DNA of 58,733 nt, the filler included, from Candidatus Zhuqueibacterota bacterium (GTDB lineage Bacteria > BS750m-G25), in the NCBI GenBank assembly GCA_016783505.1. It is 4 parts of 4 records of this genome, joined end to end, with 100 filler letters (N's around TTAATTAATTAA, not from the genome) between each part and the next. Parts side by side here need not be neighbours in the genome. Positions count along the whole stretch, not along the records: positions 1 to 15,086 come from JADHWK010000051.1; 3 more parts are not named here. One strand, given 5' to 3'. Below are positions 1-8,797 of this stretch, one piece after another. Made by a program: the position numbers and the translations under genes. Numbering within the stretch: the stretch's first letter is position 1; every line of letters starts with the position of its first letter. The notes beneath the pieces were generated by a model. The model saw nothing but the letters and a program-made list of their open reading frames with translations. It did no database searches and was not told where the DNA came from.

Positions 1-2
1 CA

Positions 3-179
3 GGCCTGATGGGAATTGTCTTTTTTGTTGCTTCCATCTGGATGCTGGTGGCCATGGTGATTGCCGTGAGACAGGCCCTTGATTACACCGGGACCCTGCG
101 AGCGGTGGGGGTCTGCGCCATCGGATGGGCCATCCAACTCGTAATCATGCTGATTTTATTCTCGGTTCTAGGCAGATAA
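3..179 (+). CDS. 3' end of a membrane protein, likely YIP1 family (partial at window start)
   Basis: Own translation: GLMGIVFFVASIWMLVAMVIAVRQALDYTGTLRAVGVCAIGWAIQLVIMLILFSVLGR*. Hydrophobic helices; the AVRQALD motif is typical of bacterial Yip1-like proteins. Confidence 0.6.
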   Translation, partial: GLMGIVFFVASIWMLVAMVIAVRQALDYTGTLRAVGVCAIGWAIQLVIMLILFSVLGR

Positions 180-244
180 ACAAGGCCTAGTCCAGATTTC
201 TCACCCATTAGGTTGTGCTCTATTTCACGTAATAGTTCACCCCC

Positions 245-342
245 GTCATTCTGACCACGGCAACCGCGGGAGGAAGAATCTCTTTTTTAATTTACCGGCT
301 GTATCCACTGTGAAAAAGATTCTTCGTTTCACTCAGATTGAC
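245..342. repeat. REP/MITE-like inverted-repeat element
   Basis: GTCATTCTGA..GAAGAATCT (245-281) is inverted against AGATTCTTC..TCAGATTGAC (317-342). Confidence 0.6.
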
Positions 343-742
343 AAAAAAACAATAGTGTGGTGAGCTATTACTATTTCACTAACTCGACGTCTCGAAATTT
401 CTAAGATTTTTTGTTCAACTTTCCTCAATTGCCAAGATTGCCAAAAGTTTCCCGAAACTTCGGGACCAAAATTATCTAAGTTTAGGAACTTTTTGCCCCG
501 ACACTTCGGGGTGAAATTTAGGCAATCTTTCAATTTTTGTCCATTATTCCCTACGGGTTGTAGGCCATTATTCCAGTTGTCCCGAAGGGGCTAAGTTATA
601 TAAATAAGGGCTATCGTTCGATGACTATCGGGATGCGACTACAATTTTTGAAAGGGATGTTGACCGACGCCATTTCCCCGATGTCGTTGACAACCAATGG
701 GAAATCACCGGGGTAAGTATGGAGAAAAAATTGAATTTTTTT

Positions 743-770
743 TTGCTTTTTTAACCTTTTTTGCTATATT
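743..770 (+). promoter_or_regulatory. sigma70-like promoter in the AT-rich leader of the CRISPR-like unit
   Basis: TTGCTT-16 bp-TATATT with an extended -10 TG, about 85 bp upstream of repeat 1. Confidence 0.45.
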
Positions 771-853
771 TAAAAGCAGACTGTTATCCTTAGGATTGGT
801 GATGGGGCTGCTTTTTTTGTTCGTGGTTGTGATCTTTGGGAAAAAGCAACTTA

Positions 854-964
854 GGTTGAAACCAACATCCATTAAAACAAGGATTGAAACACTGCTAATT
901 ATCGCTAATTGCTGATTGTTGACTGCTGTCTAATGCCAACATCCATTAAAACAAGGATTGTAAC
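854..964 (+). CRISPR. orphan mini CRISPR array: 2 repeats (~37 nt) and 1 spacer (37 nt)
   Basis: R1 GGTTGAAACCAACATCCATTAAAACAAGGATTGAAAC (854-890) and R2 GTCTAATGCCAACATCCATTAAAACAAGGATTGTAAC (928-964). The 3' 29 nt match at 28 positions; ATCC/GGAT stem; ATTGAAAC class 1 handle. No cas gene in the window. Confidence 0.75.
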
Positions 965-1010
965 AAAACGCCAATTGTTCGAAAAATATTTGACTATTTA
1001 ACAAAAGGAT

Positions 1011-2726
1011 TTGAAGGTGAAAAAGATTGGGAAAATATTTGTTAGTGTAAGCATTTCGCTTCTGCTATTCACTTGTACTAATTCTGAAAAAAGTAAATTA
1101 ATTCACGAGCCCACAGAAGATGATGGCAATTGGTTCTTTCTTTCAAAAAACGATCTTACTGCCGGAACATATCATACTCGTCATGCTGAGATATTTGGAA
1201 AATATGTTAAAGGATATAACTATTATGTCCTTAAGGGAATTGATAAAGTTCAATCAACTGCAATGGATGGTGGAGGATACTTTATAGGTATAGATTCGAT
1301 ACCCACAGAATCTCCTGTCGGCTATGAACTTAAGCTTTTTGGTAAATCGCTATTAGATCCCCCAAGAAAGACGAGTTACTGCAGTGGTTCCGCATACTCA
1401 GCATTTATAGAGGGGCTTAATCTAATTTTTCCTGATGGCAATAGTCGGCTCTCCTACGAAAGATATGAAGCAATGCGAATGCAGGAATTGGATGGGGGGA
1501 GGCGCGAGGATGGCATTAAGTATTGGGGACATTGGAATGCTGATGGCTTTGGTAGCCAATATGCTCTGGTACAGTATTCGATGATGGGAGAGGAAATAAA
1601 GCCAATTAATGCCCGTCCAGGGGATTTTATTAATATTTCCTGGGAAAAAGGCCTGGGGCATTCGGTAATATTCTTAGGATGGTATCAGGATGAAAATGCT
1701 GATAAGAAAGTGGTATACTGGTCAAGCCAGCGGGGAACTAATGGCTTTGGTGATCAAGTTGTTTCGTTAGATAGGGTCAAGTATGTAAAAATTGTTCGGC
1801 TTGTCCGTCCTGAAAATCTTTTTACGTTTGATATTACAACAGAGGTAAAATGTGATATACCGGGTGATTTGGTTATTACCGCTAAGAATATTCAACACAG
1901 GTATATTGAATACGGAGAGGTTATAGTTGCTAACCTCCCTACCGCACCCTTCCCCCATCCAAAAAGAGAAGATGGACATTATTATGAAGATCAGTTTTTT
2001 CCGCCAGAGAAACATTACAGTGATAATAGCGTGACGATATTTATTCCGAAAAATTTCAGAAAAATGGATAGGGTTGATTTTGTCCTGTATTTCCACGGTT
2101 GGTGGAATAACATAGACTCTGTGCTGAGCAGATTCATGCTTATTGAACAATTGGTTGAGAGTGGGAAAAATGCTATATTTATAGTTCCTCAGGGACCACG
2201 TAATGCCCCCGATTCATTCGGTGGCAAACTTGAAGATGGGGATGGATTCAAACGATTTATGAAGGACATTATGGAATTGCTTCGGAAAAGAGGGAAGATA
2301 AAGAGCAAAAAAATTGGGAATATAATTCTTTCCGGTCATAGCGGGGGCTATCATGTAATATCCTTTATACTGATGAGGGGTGGACTTACTGATCGGATAC
2401 AAGAAGTTTATCTGTTTGATGCACTTTATGGGCAAACAGAAAAATTTGTGTATTGGTTTGATCACTATAACGGCAGACTCATCAATATCTATATTGAAGA
2501 TGGTGGGACGAAAAATGAGACAGAGAATTTAATTGATGATTTAAAAGGATGGGGTATTCCGCATGTAGCAAAAAATGAGAATGAATTAACACAGGATGAT
2601 TTAAAGGAAAATAGGCTGATATTTATTTTTACCGAGCTTGAGCATAATGAGGTGGTCTATAAAACCGGAAATTTTCAAAAATTCCTTAAAGCCAGTATGT
2701 TACTATCCATCGGTAAAAGTCAATAG
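1011..2726 (+). CDS. putative lipoprotein: Cys/His (papain/NlpC-P60-like) domain fused to an alpha/beta hydrolase domain
   Basis: Signal peptide ending LLLFTC; TSYCSG...GHSVIFLGW in the N-half; YFHGW, GHSGG nucleophile elbow and LFDALY in the C-half. Confidence 0.6.
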   Translation: MKVKKIGKIFVSVSISLLLFTCTNSEKSKLIHEPTEDDGNWFFLSKNDLTAGTYHTRHAEIFGKYVKGYNYYVLKGIDKVQSTAMDGGGYFIGIDSIPTESPVGYELKLFGKSLLDPPRKTSYCSGSAYSAFIEGLNLIFPDGNSRLSYERYEAMRMQELDGGRREDGIKYWGHWNADGFGSQYALVQYSMMGEEIKPINARPGDFINISWEKGLGHSVIFLGWYQDENADKKVVYWSSQRGTNGFGDQVVSLDRVKYVKIVRLVRPENLFTFDITTEVKCDIPGDLVITAKNIQHRYIEYGEVIVANLPTAPFPHPKREDGHYYEDQFFPPEKHYSDNSVTIFIPKNFRKMDRVDFVLYFHGWWNNIDSVLSRFMLIEQLVESGKNAIFIVPQGPRNAPDSFGGKLEDGDGFKRFMKDIMELLRKRGKIKSKKIGNIILSGHSGGYHVISFILMRGGLTDRIQEVYLFDALYGQTEKFVYWFDHYNGRLINIYIEDGGTKNETENLIDDLKGWGIPHVAKNENELTQDDLKENRLIFIFTELEHNEVVYKTGNFQKFLKASMLLSIGKSQ

Positions 2727-2760
2727 TTGATCACCAATGAGTTGAAACAAAATAAATAAC

Positions 2761-2968
2761 GCCGAACCCCAGTGATTATCCACCTATTTTGTAACCGCAC
2801 TCCCAATGCCTGGGTGCGGAGCTATCGCAGGCGTAAAGCCTGCGGCTAAAATGCATAAAAAACCTCCCGGGGCTGGAGACCTTCGGGGGGTTATTTTTTT
2901 TAAAACGTATTGCTTTTGATCTAAAAATTATGTAAATTTATTTGTAAATCAGTATTCAAAAAGGAGGT
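2761..2968 (+). repeat. intergenic module copy 1: attC-like left half, REP, terminator, promoter, RBS
   Basis: GCCGAACCCCAGTGATTATCC; GCAGGCGTAAAGCCTGCGGCTA; hairpin CCTCCCGGGG..CCTTCGGGGGG plus T-run; TTGCTT-17-TAAATT (2910-2938); AAGGAGG. The terminator-promoter part recurs at ~7250-7365 and ~11390-11497. Confidence 0.85.
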
Positions 2969-2973
2969 CTAGC

Positions 2974-3104
2974 TGTAGCCGCATCCCGTCGGCCCCAAGG
3001 GTCTTGAACCCGTAGGGTCTTGGGAAACGAGCTTGGGAAAGGCTCGGGGTGCGGAACTATCGCAGGCGTATCAGTGGGGCGCCTGACCGAAAGCCTGCGG
3101 CTAC
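2974..3104. repeat. GTAG-type REP cluster with nested palindromes
   Basis: GTAGCCGCA...TGCGGCTAC ends; internal ATCAGTGGGGCGCCTGACCGA element also found at ~29600 and ~49731. Confidence 0.6.
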
Positions 3105-3177
3105 AATTTCTATTGTAATGCACGTGAATGTGATTTTGACTAAACCCAACCATCAACAAAAGAAAGTGAAGTTTGAA

Positions 3178-3882
3178 ATGTATAAGAAAATTGGCATACT
3201 TGGTGGATTGAGTCCGGAATCTACAATTGAATACTACCGATATATTACCAGAAAATATTACGAGCTTTTTGGAGATTACAACTATCCCGAAATCATCATT
3301 TACGGGGTCAATTTCCAACAGTTCATAAACTGGCAAAGAGAAGGAAATTGGAATAATATCGTGGAAAGGCTGGTACAAGCTACACAAGCCATCCATGCTG
3401 CCGGCGCTGACTTCGGATTAATTGCCACAAACACTATGCATATTATATTTGACAAGGTGCAAGAGAAATCACCAATACCCCTTATAAGTATTATCGAAGC
3501 CACCGCTACTGCAATTAATAAAGAGAAAATCGAAACCGTTGGACTTTTAGGAACCCTTCACACTATGAGAGAGCAATTCTATAAAGAAGGATTATTTAGA
3601 CACGGTATCAAAACGATAGTTCCAGAGCCACAAGAGCAAGAATTTATCAACAAAGTAATTTATGATGAATTGACAAGAGGACGAATAAATCAGAGGTCAA
3701 AGCAAGCCTACATAGAGATTATTAATAAACTCAAGGCTAAAGGAGCAGAAGGCATAGTTCTAGGTTGCACCGAAATACCCCTTTTAGTACAACAGATTGA
3801 CTGCAACATAAAACTATTTAATACAACACAGATACATGCACAAAATGCACTTAACCTTGCTACAAATACCGAGGTCAGATAA
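3178..3882 (+). CDS. aspartate/glutamate racemase family protein (YgeA-like)
   Basis: KKIGILGGLSPEST, IATNTMH and LGCTEIPLL motifs. Start moved to ATG 3178 because the longer ORF begins in repeat DNA. Confidence 0.9.
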   Translation: MYKKIGILGGLSPESTIEYYRYITRKYYELFGDYNYPEIIIYGVNFQQFINWQREGNWNNIVERLVQATQAIHAAGADFGLIATNTMHIIFDKVQEKSPIPLISIIEATATAINKEKIETVGLLGTLHTMREQFYKEGLFRHGIKTIVPEPQEQEFINKVIYDELTRGRINQRSKQAYIEIINKLKAKGAEGIVLGCTEIPLLVQQIDCNIKLFNTTQIHAQNALNLATNTEVR

Positions 3883-3883
3883 A

Positions 3884-3963
3884 CGGACAGACCTGAAGGT
3901 CTGTCCCTACACTTTTTATGAAATAGGCGTATACATTGTAGGGCGAGGTTTATGTCGTCCGTA
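3884..3963. repeat. inverted pair of GTAG-type REP elements
   Basis: GGACAGACCTGAAGGTCTGTCCCTAC followed by GTAGGGCGAGGTTTATGTCGTCCG. Confidence 0.55.
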
Positions 3964-4010
3964 GGAAGAGAAAAAATGGCCAATTTATCCAGATTTTTAG
4001 GGGGTGTATC

Positions 4011-6890
4011 ATGACAAAACTTTTGGGTAAGACTCTAAAAATTGCCCCTCTCGTTGTAGCGATTGCTGTGATCGCATCCGTATTTACAGCATTGTCTTCA
4101 AAAGCTTCAACACCAGGGAAACGTACTAGCTATTCCTATGATGAACCCTTCTTTCCTGATGGAACTTACGATCCAGCGATTCCTCTACCTGACAGTGTCC
4201 TCGGTTATGCAATAGGTTCAAAGCCATCTCGCTACGATGAGCTGGTGCATTACCTCAAACGACTTGCTAAAGCCAGTACCCGGGTGCAACTCAAAAAATA
4301 CGGGGAGACATATGAGGGCCGTGCTCTTTATTATCTCATCATAAGTTCTGATGAGAACATAGCAAGGCTTGCTGATATAAAGGGTTCCATAGCTAAGCTT
4401 GCTGACCCACGCAAGTTACGCGGTGGTAATAAGGAAGTCTACTCACTTATTGAGCGTACCCCTGCCATTGCCTGGCTTGCCTACAGTATCCATGGGGATG
4501 AGCTCTCCAGCACGGACGCTGCCATACAGTTAGCATATCAGATCGCTGCTGGTACCGATTCGCTCACCAAAAAGCTCCGGCAAGAGCTGGTGATTATTAT
4601 TGACCCTTTACAGAATCCAGATGGTAGGGAGCGCTTCCTGGCCCAGCTACAACAGTTAGAAGGTACATTCCCAAACCCTGATCCCCAAAGCTTACAACAT
4701 AGTGGGTTCTGGCCGTGGGGACGGGGCAACCACTACCTGTTCGATCTTAACCGTGACTGGTTCCTACTGGTGCATCCAGCGACTCGGGGTAAGGTCGAGG
4801 CAATCCTTGAATGGAACCCACAATTATTTGTTGATTCACACGAGATGGGTTCCCTCAATACATATCTATTCTCGCCACCAAGAGAACCATTTCATCCCAA
4901 CATGAGCGAGACACTCAAGAAGTGGTGGCAGATATTCTCCCGAGATCAGGCCCATGCCTTTGACCAATACGGATGGAGCTATTATACCCGCGAATGGAAT
5001 GAATCCTGGTATCCAGGATATGGTACTTCTTGGAGCATTTATACGGGAGCCATCGGAATTCTTTACGAGCAGGCTGGTGTTGAAGGTTCGATCGTGAAAC
5101 AGAGGGATGGTTCAATACTCACTTATCGAGAGTCGGTGCACCACCAATTTGTAAGTTCCATCGCTAACCTGAAAACAGCCGCCAATCGTCGTAGTCAATT
5201 ACTGAGGGATTTCTATCTGGAAAAGAACAAGGCAGTGGGCGGTAAATCAGCTACTCCCATCTATGCATATATCTTTGTGCCGGGCAAGAATAAAGTTAGA
5301 ATCAATAAGTTCATTGAGACACTACTTCTACAGGGTATTGAAGTTCAAGTCGCCGGGGACAAATTTGTAGCCAATAACCTGCACGATTACTGGGGTCAAA
5401 GCTTCAGAAGAAAAGAATTACCAGCGGGAACCTACATCGTTTCAGTTGCTCAGCCTAAGCAATCGCTAATCCAAGTCATACTTGAGTTTGATCCCAGGAT
5501 GACCGACTCCTTCTTAGTTGAAGAACGTGGCGAACTAGAGAAGAAAAAGAAAACTCGCCTATATGAGGTTACCGCCTGGTCTGTACCTATAGCCTATAAC
5601 CTCGACGCCTATTGGACAGATAAGCCCATAAAGATAAAGACAAGACTTATCAATCAAATTGAAGTTCCCCAAGGCAAAGTAATCAACCCAAGTCCTAAGT
5701 ATGGATACGTATTTGACTATTCCAGCGACGCTGCTGTCCATGCACTCATCAGGTTCTTGGAAAACGACTACAAAGTTAGAGTTGCCAAAAAAGCGTTTAA
5801 GATTGAAGGGGTGGCATTCTCCAGGGGAAGCATTTTACTAAGGGGACACGAGAATAATGTAAGTTTACATGATTTTGTTAAAAAAGTGACCGCTGAAACT
5901 GGCATCATCATCTATGGTGTCAATACGGCGCTGAGTGATGAAGGTCCTGATCTTGGTGGCGAGGAGTTTGGTCTGCTGGAACCACCGCGTATAGGTGTGT
6001 TTGCAGGGGCACCAATAGCTTCCACCGATTATGGAGCAATATGGCATATGTTAGATAGGGGGTATCGGATTCGTTTTTCATCACTTAACATAAACACGAT
6101 ACAACGTTTAGATTTAGACAAATATAATGTGCTGGTGCTTCCTTCAGTATGGGGAGGATCCCAAGTATATAAAAATATTCTGGGTGAGAAGGGCATAGAT
6201 GAACTGAGAAGATGGATTAAAGATGGTGGAACCCTCATTGCTGTGGGGAGTGCAGCCGCATTTGCAGCTGATACATCAGTTGCTCTGAGCAGCGTAAGGC
6301 TTCGGAGGCAGGTACTTGACAAAATTGATGAATACGCAGAGGCGGTTAAGCGTGAGCAATCGGCTGTTAAGCCTTCCGTGGATGCTAAAGCAGTATGGGA
6401 GCCCCCCTTAAAAGAAGAGGAGGCGGAAGGTAAGGAAGTAACAGGGAAGAAGAAACGTGAACTGGAAGATCTTACCGAGGAAGATGAGATGCTTCGACCC
6501 TTTATGCCGCGTGGCGTCATACTTCGAGCAGATTTGGACAGAGAGCATTGGCTAACGAGTGGAATGGATGATTCTGAAATGGACCTCTTTGGAAGAGTTC
6601 CTGTCATACTATATACTTCCTATGCATTCATGTCAAAAGCACCGGTGCAAACGCCAGCACGCCTGGCGGGCGCCAAAAATCTTAGACTTAGTGGGCTGCT
6701 TTGGCCTGAGGCTCGTGGGCGGTGGGCCAAAACTGCTTATCTGACCCGCGAGGGCATAGGAAAGGGACAGGTCATTCTCTTTGCTGATAGGCCCAACTTT
6801 AGGGGCTACTTCCACGGTTCTGAGCGTCTTCTCCTAAATGCTCTATTACTGGGACCCGGATTAGGTGCCAGGCATCCTACGCCATGGTAA
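4011..6890 (+). CDS. secreted M14 zinc carboxypeptidase family protein
   Basis: Signal peptide; SIHGDE, NPDGRER, DLNRDW and DSHEMG motifs; C-terminal class I glutamine amidotransferase-like region. Confidence 0.9.
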   Translation: MTKLLGKTLKIAPLVVAIAVIASVFTALSSKASTPGKRTSYSYDEPFFPDGTYDPAIPLPDSVLGYAIGSKPSRYDELVHYLKRLAKASTRVQLKKYGETYEGRALYYLIISSDENIARLADIKGSIAKLADPRKLRGGNKEVYSLIERTPAIAWLAYSIHGDELSSTDAAIQLAYQIAAGTDSLTKKLRQELVIIIDPLQNPDGRERFLAQLQQLEGTFPNPDPQSLQHSGFWPWGRGNHYLFDLNRDWFLLVHPATRGKVEAILEWNPQLFVDSHEMGSLNTYLFSPPREPFHPNMSETLKKWWQIFSRDQAHAFDQYGWSYYTREWNESWYPGYGTSWSIYTGAIGILYEQAGVEGSIVKQRDGSILTYRESVHHQFVSSIANLKTAANRRSQLLRDFYLEKNKAVGGKSATPIYAYIFVPGKNKVRINKFIETLLLQGIEVQVAGDKFVANNLHDYWGQSFRRKELPAGTYIVSVAQPKQSLIQVILEFDPRMTDSFLVEERGELEKKKKTRLYEVTAWSVPIAYNLDAYWTDKPIKIKTRLINQIEVPQGKVINPSPKYGYVFDYSSDAAVHALIRFLENDYKVRVAKKAFKIEGVAFSRGSILLRGHENNVSLHDFVKKVTAETGIIIYGVNTALSDEGPDLGGEEFGLLEPPRIGVFAGAPIASTDYGAIWHMLDRGYRIRFSSLNINTIQRLDLDKYNVLVLPSVWGGSQVYKNILGEKGIDELRRWIKDGGTLIAVGSAAAFAADTSVALSSVRLRRQVLDKIDEYAEAVKREQSAVKPSVDAKAVWEPPLKEEEAEGKEVTGKKKRELEDLTEEDEMLRPFMPRGVILRADLDREHWLTSGMDDSEMDLFGRVPVILYTSYAFMSKAPVQTPARLAGAKNLRLSGLLWPEARGRWAKTAYLTREGIGKGQVILFADRPNFRGYFHGSERLLLNALLLGPGLGARHPTPW

Positions 6891-6969
6891 ATGATTTAAG
6901 GGTAAAAAGGTCTGAGCTTGAAATCAATAAAAACAAGGAATGAAACAATCTATTACTCACATCTTTAAC

Positions 6970-7365
6970 TTCCCTAAATCCCCCCCAGCCCCCCTTTTTT
7001 AAAGGGGGGATTTCAAAGGGGGACTTGAGTGGGGGGATAATAGTTAGTCATCAAGGGGGGGGGAAGAAGATGTCTCGAATGAAGTTTCCTCTCCTTTGGT
7101 GGAAGAAGATGAGTATGAGCAGAGTATTTTAGGGTGAAATAAGAATAAAGAAAACCTAATCCCAGCGATTATCATTTAATATGAAATCGTTTTCTTTATA
7201 GATGTTTGATGTAAAACAATCCGTAGGCGTAAAGCCTGCGGCTACAATGCATAAAAAACCTCCCGGCCTGAAAACCTTCGGGAGTTTATTTTTTTAAAAA
7301 AACGGATTGCTTTTAATCTTAAAATTGCGTAAATTTATTCATAAATCAGTATTCAAAAAGGAGGA
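6970..7365 (+). repeat. intergenic module copy 2, including a ~120-bp mini-cassette and terminator-promoter-RBS
   Basis: C/G-run palindrome; GGATAATA-GTTAGTC (7043); ACCTAATCCCAGCGATTATC (7154-7173); REP; terminator; TTGCTT-17-TAAATT (7307-7335); AAGGAGG. Confidence 0.85.
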
Positions 7366-7382
7366 TAACAGACCGATATGGT

Positions 7383-8597
7383 GTGGGAGGGGAGAGATAT
7401 GTCTATATGGAGGCCGGTCACGTGGGACAGATAATAGGGGGAAATATAGAAAGATTTCTTAAAGAAAAGACTTCCCGCCGAACATTTTTAAGAAGTGGTT
7501 GTTTATTTTTAACCTATTTGGGAATTTATCCTGGTTTATTTGACTTATTGACCAAAAAGGTATGGGCACAAGATGGTACACCCCCTTTACGAGAGGCAAT
7601 GTTTTATAAAAGGCTTGCCAATAATGTAGTTCAGTGCGGGGTCTGCTTCCGTGGCTGTAAATTGAAAGAGGGGTGGAGAAGTTTCTGCCGCAATAAAGAG
7701 AACATTGGCGGCCGATTCTATAATCTGGTCTACGGGAGGCCCTCAGCAGTACATGTTGACCCTATTGAAAAAGAGCCATCCCTCCATATGCTTCCCGGAA
7801 CAGAGATCCTTTGCTTTGGGACTGCGGGCTGCAATTTTCGCTGTAAATTCTGTCATAATTGGCACCTCTCCCAGAGATCAATTGAGGAGATGGAATATAC
7901 CTATGATCTTTTGCCAGAGGATGCGGTGAAAATAGCCCTAGAGAAGGGTATTCCCACCCTCTCTTTTACCTATAATGAGCCAACCAGTTTTTATGAATAT
8001 GTTTACGATATTGCCAGGATTGCCAAAGAGAGAGGCTTAAGGATTCTCTGGCACTCTAACGGCGGAATGAGGCCCGAACCCTTAAAAGAACTCCTCAAAT
8101 ATACCGATGCGGTAACTATTGATCTAAAGGGCTTTACTGAAGAATTCTACCAGAACATCTCCTCTGCAAAACTTGAACCGGTACTGAGGACATTGAGGAT
8201 TATCAGAGAGGAAGGCAGGTGGCTTGAGATCGTAAATTTACACATCCCCACCCTAAATGATAATCCTCAGGATGTGAAAAAGATGTGCCTTTGGATTAAA
8301 GAGAATCTGGGAGAATATACCCCCCTACATTTTTCCCGCTTTTTCCCCGCCTACAAGCTCACCAACCTTTCGCCAACGCCGATAGAAAAACTGGAAGAAG
8401 CCTATAAGATTGCCAAAGGGGTGGGCTTAGAATATGTAACCATTGGTAATGTCCCCGGCCATAAATATAACTCCACCTTCTGCCCCAATTGCGGGGAGAG
8501 GCTAATTCACCGTATCCATTTTACGGTTTTGAGTAATAACCTAACCGAGGGGAACTGTAAGTTTTGCGGCCACAAAATCCCCGGGATCTGGAAATAG
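7383..8597 (+). CDS. AmmeMemoRadiSam system radical SAM enzyme with a Tat-like N-terminus
   Basis: VDPIEKEP; CNFRCKFC CxxxCxxC; TYNEP; PLHFSRFFP; C-terminal CPNCG and CKFCG; SRRTFL twin-arginine motif. True start uncertain. Confidence 0.88.
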   Translation: MGGERYVYMEAGHVGQIIGGNIERFLKEKTSRRTFLRSGCLFLTYLGIYPGLFDLLTKKVWAQDGTPPLREAMFYKRLANNVVQCGVCFRGCKLKEGWRSFCRNKENIGGRFYNLVYGRPSAVHVDPIEKEPSLHMLPGTEILCFGTAGCNFRCKFCHNWHLSQRSIEEMEYTYDLLPEDAVKIALEKGIPTLSFTYNEPTSFYEYVYDIARIAKERGLRILWHSNGGMRPEPLKELLKYTDAVTIDLKGFTEEFYQNISSAKLEPVLRTLRIIREEGRWLEIVNLHIPTLNDNPQDVKKMCLWIKENLGEYTPLHFSRFFPAYKLTNLSPTPIEKLEEAYKIAKGVGLEYVTIGNVPGHKYNSTFCPNCGERLIHRIHFTVLSNNLTEGNCKFCGHKIPGIWK

Positions 8598-8642
8598 ATG
8601 AGAAGAGGTGCATTACGCGTTTGCTAGTCCTGTCTGAGTATT

Positions 8643-8737
8643 CCCCCTCCCCTAACCCCTCTCACTAGGGGAGGGGAAAAAGAGCCAGAGCATGTTTTGG
8701 TTCCTCCCCCTTGATGGGGGAGGTTAGGTGGGGGTGA
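8643..8737. repeat. C/G-rich palindromic intergenic repeat
   Basis: CCCCTCCCCTAACCCCTCTCACTAGGGGAGGGG and CCTCCCCCTTGATGGGGGAGG hairpins; related C/G-run hairpins at ~6975, ~11155 and ~13900. Confidence 0.6.
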
Positions 8738-8797
8738 AAGCCTCGCCAAGAGTAGCTGCAATGACAATTAACAAATAGGTAATGCTCCCGATGAGAG

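Noticed and set aside
697-915. 72-aa ORF across the CRISPR leader and repeat 1
   Set aside because: It runs through T-tracts and the repeat and shows no recognisable motif; likely spurious, although a small toxin cannot be fully excluded.
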